Assembly: GCA_965220745.1 (NCBI GenBank)
Contig: CBDCQT010000012.1
Location: forward strand, 1 to 64,000
DNA length: 64,000 nt
Direction of reading: 5' to 3'
Origin: Alphaproteobacteria bacterium
GTDB taxonomy: Bacteria > Pseudomonadota > Alphaproteobacteria > UBA828
The notes beneath the pieces are model-generated. The model searched no databases. It had not been told where the DNA came from and was given only the letters and a program-made list of their open reading frames with translations. Both the position numbers and the translations under genes were made by a program. Below are positions 61,985 through 64,000 of the stretch, piece by piece; position 1 is the first letter of the stretch; each line of letters starts with the position of its first letter.

Positions 61985-62359
61985 CTACTCGTGGACGTCG
62001 AAGCGGAACGACTTCGAGACGATCTTCCACTCGCCGTCGATCTTGACGAGGCTCAGGAAGTCCGTGAAGTAGCGCGGATGAATCGCGCACTCGCAGGTCA
62101 CGACGGCGGTGTTCTCGTCCGACATGTCGATGGAGAGGATCTTGTCGAAGCGCGCCTGCCCCGTCGACGCCGGCGGCACGCGGCCCCTCACGATTTCGAA
62201 CCACTCCTCGCGCGGCCAGTCGACGAACTTGCCGTCCATGTTCGCGAAGAGGCGGCTGGACGGGTGAAAGATCGTGGCGAGCTTCTCCGTGTCGCACTCG
62301 TATAGCCCGTCGAAATAGACCTGCACCACGTCGGTGATCTCTTGGTAGCTGTTGCTCAT
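61985..62359 (-). CDS. NTF2-like (lumazine-binding family) protein
   Basis: YFDGLYECD..L..IFHP, FTDFLSLVKIDGEWKIVSK. Confidence 0.85.
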   Translation of the reverse strand: MSNSYQEITDVVQVYFDGLYECDTEKLATIFHPSSRLFANMDGKFVDWPREEWFEIVRGRVPPASTGQARFDKILSIDMSDENTAVVTCECAIHPRYFTDFLSLVKIDGEWKIVSKSFRFDVHE

Positions 62360-62554
62360 TCGTGCTCCCTCCAGTCCCTTGCGGCCCCTTGGCCCGTTCC
62401 GCCGACCACGGACCCCGTATAGGCTTTTGCGCCTACCCACAAGAGCCGTATCGCCGGCGCCGAGCTTGATCCCCGGACGGGCTGGCGTGCTACCGTCCCA
62501 CTCTGCGACAGCGAGGGCCGACCGGAGGCCGCGCCGGGCGCGGGAGGGAGACCG

Positions 62555-63745
62555 ATGAAGACGGTCGTGCGGAACAAGCAGTGGGCGGAGAAGTATCCCG
62601 ACCTCGGGACCGAGCCGGTGCCCACCGAGCCCTACTACTCGGACGAACACTACGCCCTCGAGCGCGAGCGCATCTTCCGCCGGTGCTGGATCAATGTGGG
62701 CCGCGTGGACGAAATCCCCGAGCCGGGCGATTACTTCGTGCGCGAGATCGCCATCTGCAAAGTCTCCGTGCTGATCATCCGGGGCTCGGACGGTGTCGTG
62801 CGCGGCTTCCACAACGTCTGCTCGCATCGCGGCAACACTCTGGTGCTGGACGGGCGCGGCACCTGCCCCGGCAGCGTCTACTGCCACTTCCATAACTGGA
62901 TTTACAGCGACACGGGCGAGCTCATCCGCGTGCCCGACGAGGAGAACTTCTTCGACCTCGACAAGCGCGACCACGGGCTCACCCCGGTCAACACGGATTT
63001 CTGGGAGGGCTTCGTCTTCGTCCACCTTGAACCGGAACCCGCGGAGACGCTGCGGCAATATCTCGGCGGCGTCGCCGACCAACTCGACGGCTGCCCGTTC
63101 CACGAGATGGGATTGATGCAGACCTACAAGGTGGAGGAGCAAGCCAACTGGAAGGTGGCGCTCGACGCGCAGAACGAGCTCTATCACCTGCCGTTCCAGC
63201 ACCGCCTGATCGTGGGTGATGCCTTCGTTAAGAACGACAAGGGCCTCATTCGCTTCCAGGACGTCAATCTCTACAACTATCACAGCGTCTGGTCGTGCGA
63301 GAACAACCCGACTCGCGCACTGCCACCGCTGGAGAGCATGCTGTTCGACGGCGACGACAGGGCGCCCGTGATCCGCATCCCGCAGATGATCGGCGAGTTC
63401 GACTTCTTCGTGGTGTTCCCGAACTTCGTGCTGCTGCTGTTCGATGTCGGCAATTCGACGAGCTACATCAGCTACAATTTTTGGCCGCTCGCCGTGGACC
63501 GGACGATCTGGGAGATCCGCATGCATTTCAGGGAACCCAGGTCCACGCGTGAGCGGCTGCAGCAGGAGTATTTCAAGTGCATCATTCGCGATGCGCTGCA
63601 AGAGGACGCATTCGCGCACGAGAACATTCATGCGGGTCTCGCCTCGCGCGCGAAGTCGCACGTGATCCTGCAAGACGAGGAGGCGCCGATCCGCTACTTC
63701 CACAAGGTGCTGGAGGATCACTGCGGGTTCTACCGGAACGCGTGA
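62555..63745 (+). CDS. Rieske non-heme iron oxygenase alpha subunit
   Basis: CSHRG...CHFHNW Rieske motif; ANWK, ELYH...H; FPN; QED. Confidence 0.92.
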   Translation: MKTVVRNKQWAEKYPDLGTEPVPTEPYYSDEHYALERERIFRRCWINVGRVDEIPEPGDYFVREIAICKVSVLIIRGSDGVVRGFHNVCSHRGNTLVLDGRGTCPGSVYCHFHNWIYSDTGELIRVPDEENFFDLDKRDHGLTPVNTDFWEGFVFVHLEPEPAETLRQYLGGVADQLDGCPFHEMGLMQTYKVEEQANWKVALDAQNELYHLPFQHRLIVGDAFVKNDKGLIRFQDVNLYNYHSVWSCENNPTRALPPLESMLFDGDDRAPVIRIPQMIGEFDFFVVFPNFVLLLFDVGNSTSYISYNFWPLAVDRTIWEIRMHFREPRSTRERLQQEYFKCIIRDALQEDAFAHENIHAGLASRAKSHVILQDEEAPIRYFHKVLEDHCGFYRNA

Positions 63746-63776
63746 GGGGCGCTGGCGGAAGGAAGGAGCGCGCACG

Positions 63777-64000
63777 ATGGCCGACGCTGCATTGCCGGAC
63801 GGGTTCGAGGACCTCACCCCCTGGCTCGACTGGGCGCTGGAGCCCGAGCGCGCGCGCTCGGCGAAGAAAACCGAGTCCTCGATGGAGGAACTCCGCGCCT
63901 TCTACGACGCGATGATGCCGCGTATGGAGGAGATCATCGCCTACCTGGATGGCGTTCCTGACGACGACAGGCCGGCGCCGGCGCACCGCCTCTACCTGAT
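63777..64000 (+). CDS. Conserved hypothetical protein downstream of Rieske oxygenase (partial)
   Basis: RBS AGGAG; MADAALPDGFEDLTPWLDWAL...SSMEELRAFYDAMMPR...YLD; runs off the window. Confidence 0.75.
   Translation, partial: MADAALPDGFEDLTPWLDWALEPERARSAKKTESSMEELRAFYDAMMPRMEEIIAYLDGVPDDDRPAPAHRLYL

Overview
High-GC bacterial genomic window, most likely alphaproteobacterial (standalone rpsD, class II DAHP synthase, DUF1476/zeta subunit, purC-purS-purQ-purL-bolA-grxD order; this is inference). It has four blocks. (1) 1-27.2 kb is an amine/amino-acid-derivative catabolic region: SDR, proline iminopeptidase-like hydrolase, choline-kinase-like protein, GcvT-family flavoprotein, two PhyH dioxygenases, four cupins, acyl-CoA dehydrogenase, glycosyltransferase, a split Liv-type ABC transporter, a trimethylamine-dehydrogenase homologue with an altered substrate pocket, and two glutamine-synthetase-family ligases; one small gene is split by an IS3. 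(2) 27.3-39.45 kb is a decayed mobile island with IS630, IS1380, IS21 and IS3 copies, a MITE, hidden MobF-relaxase, autotransporter and DUF4384 fragments, small orphan ORFs, and a duplicated pair of coupled arm-type tyrosine recombinases. (3) 39.5-59.7 kb is mostly housekeeping (gor, DAHP synthase, NAPRTase-like, nadE, cysS, trmJ, rpsD, grxD, bolA, pur genes), interrupted by a 1.85-kb low-GC insert bounded by a 35-bp direct repeat that encodes an unannotated 40-aa secreted Cys-pair peptide and a membrane-anchored orphan. (4) 59.9-64 kb holds a surface lipoprotein, a Doc toxin-antitoxin pair, an NTF2-like protein and a Rieske oxygenase with a partner gene. I saw no rRNA, tRNA or CRISPR array. 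All family calls come from motif recognition by eye; no searches were run.
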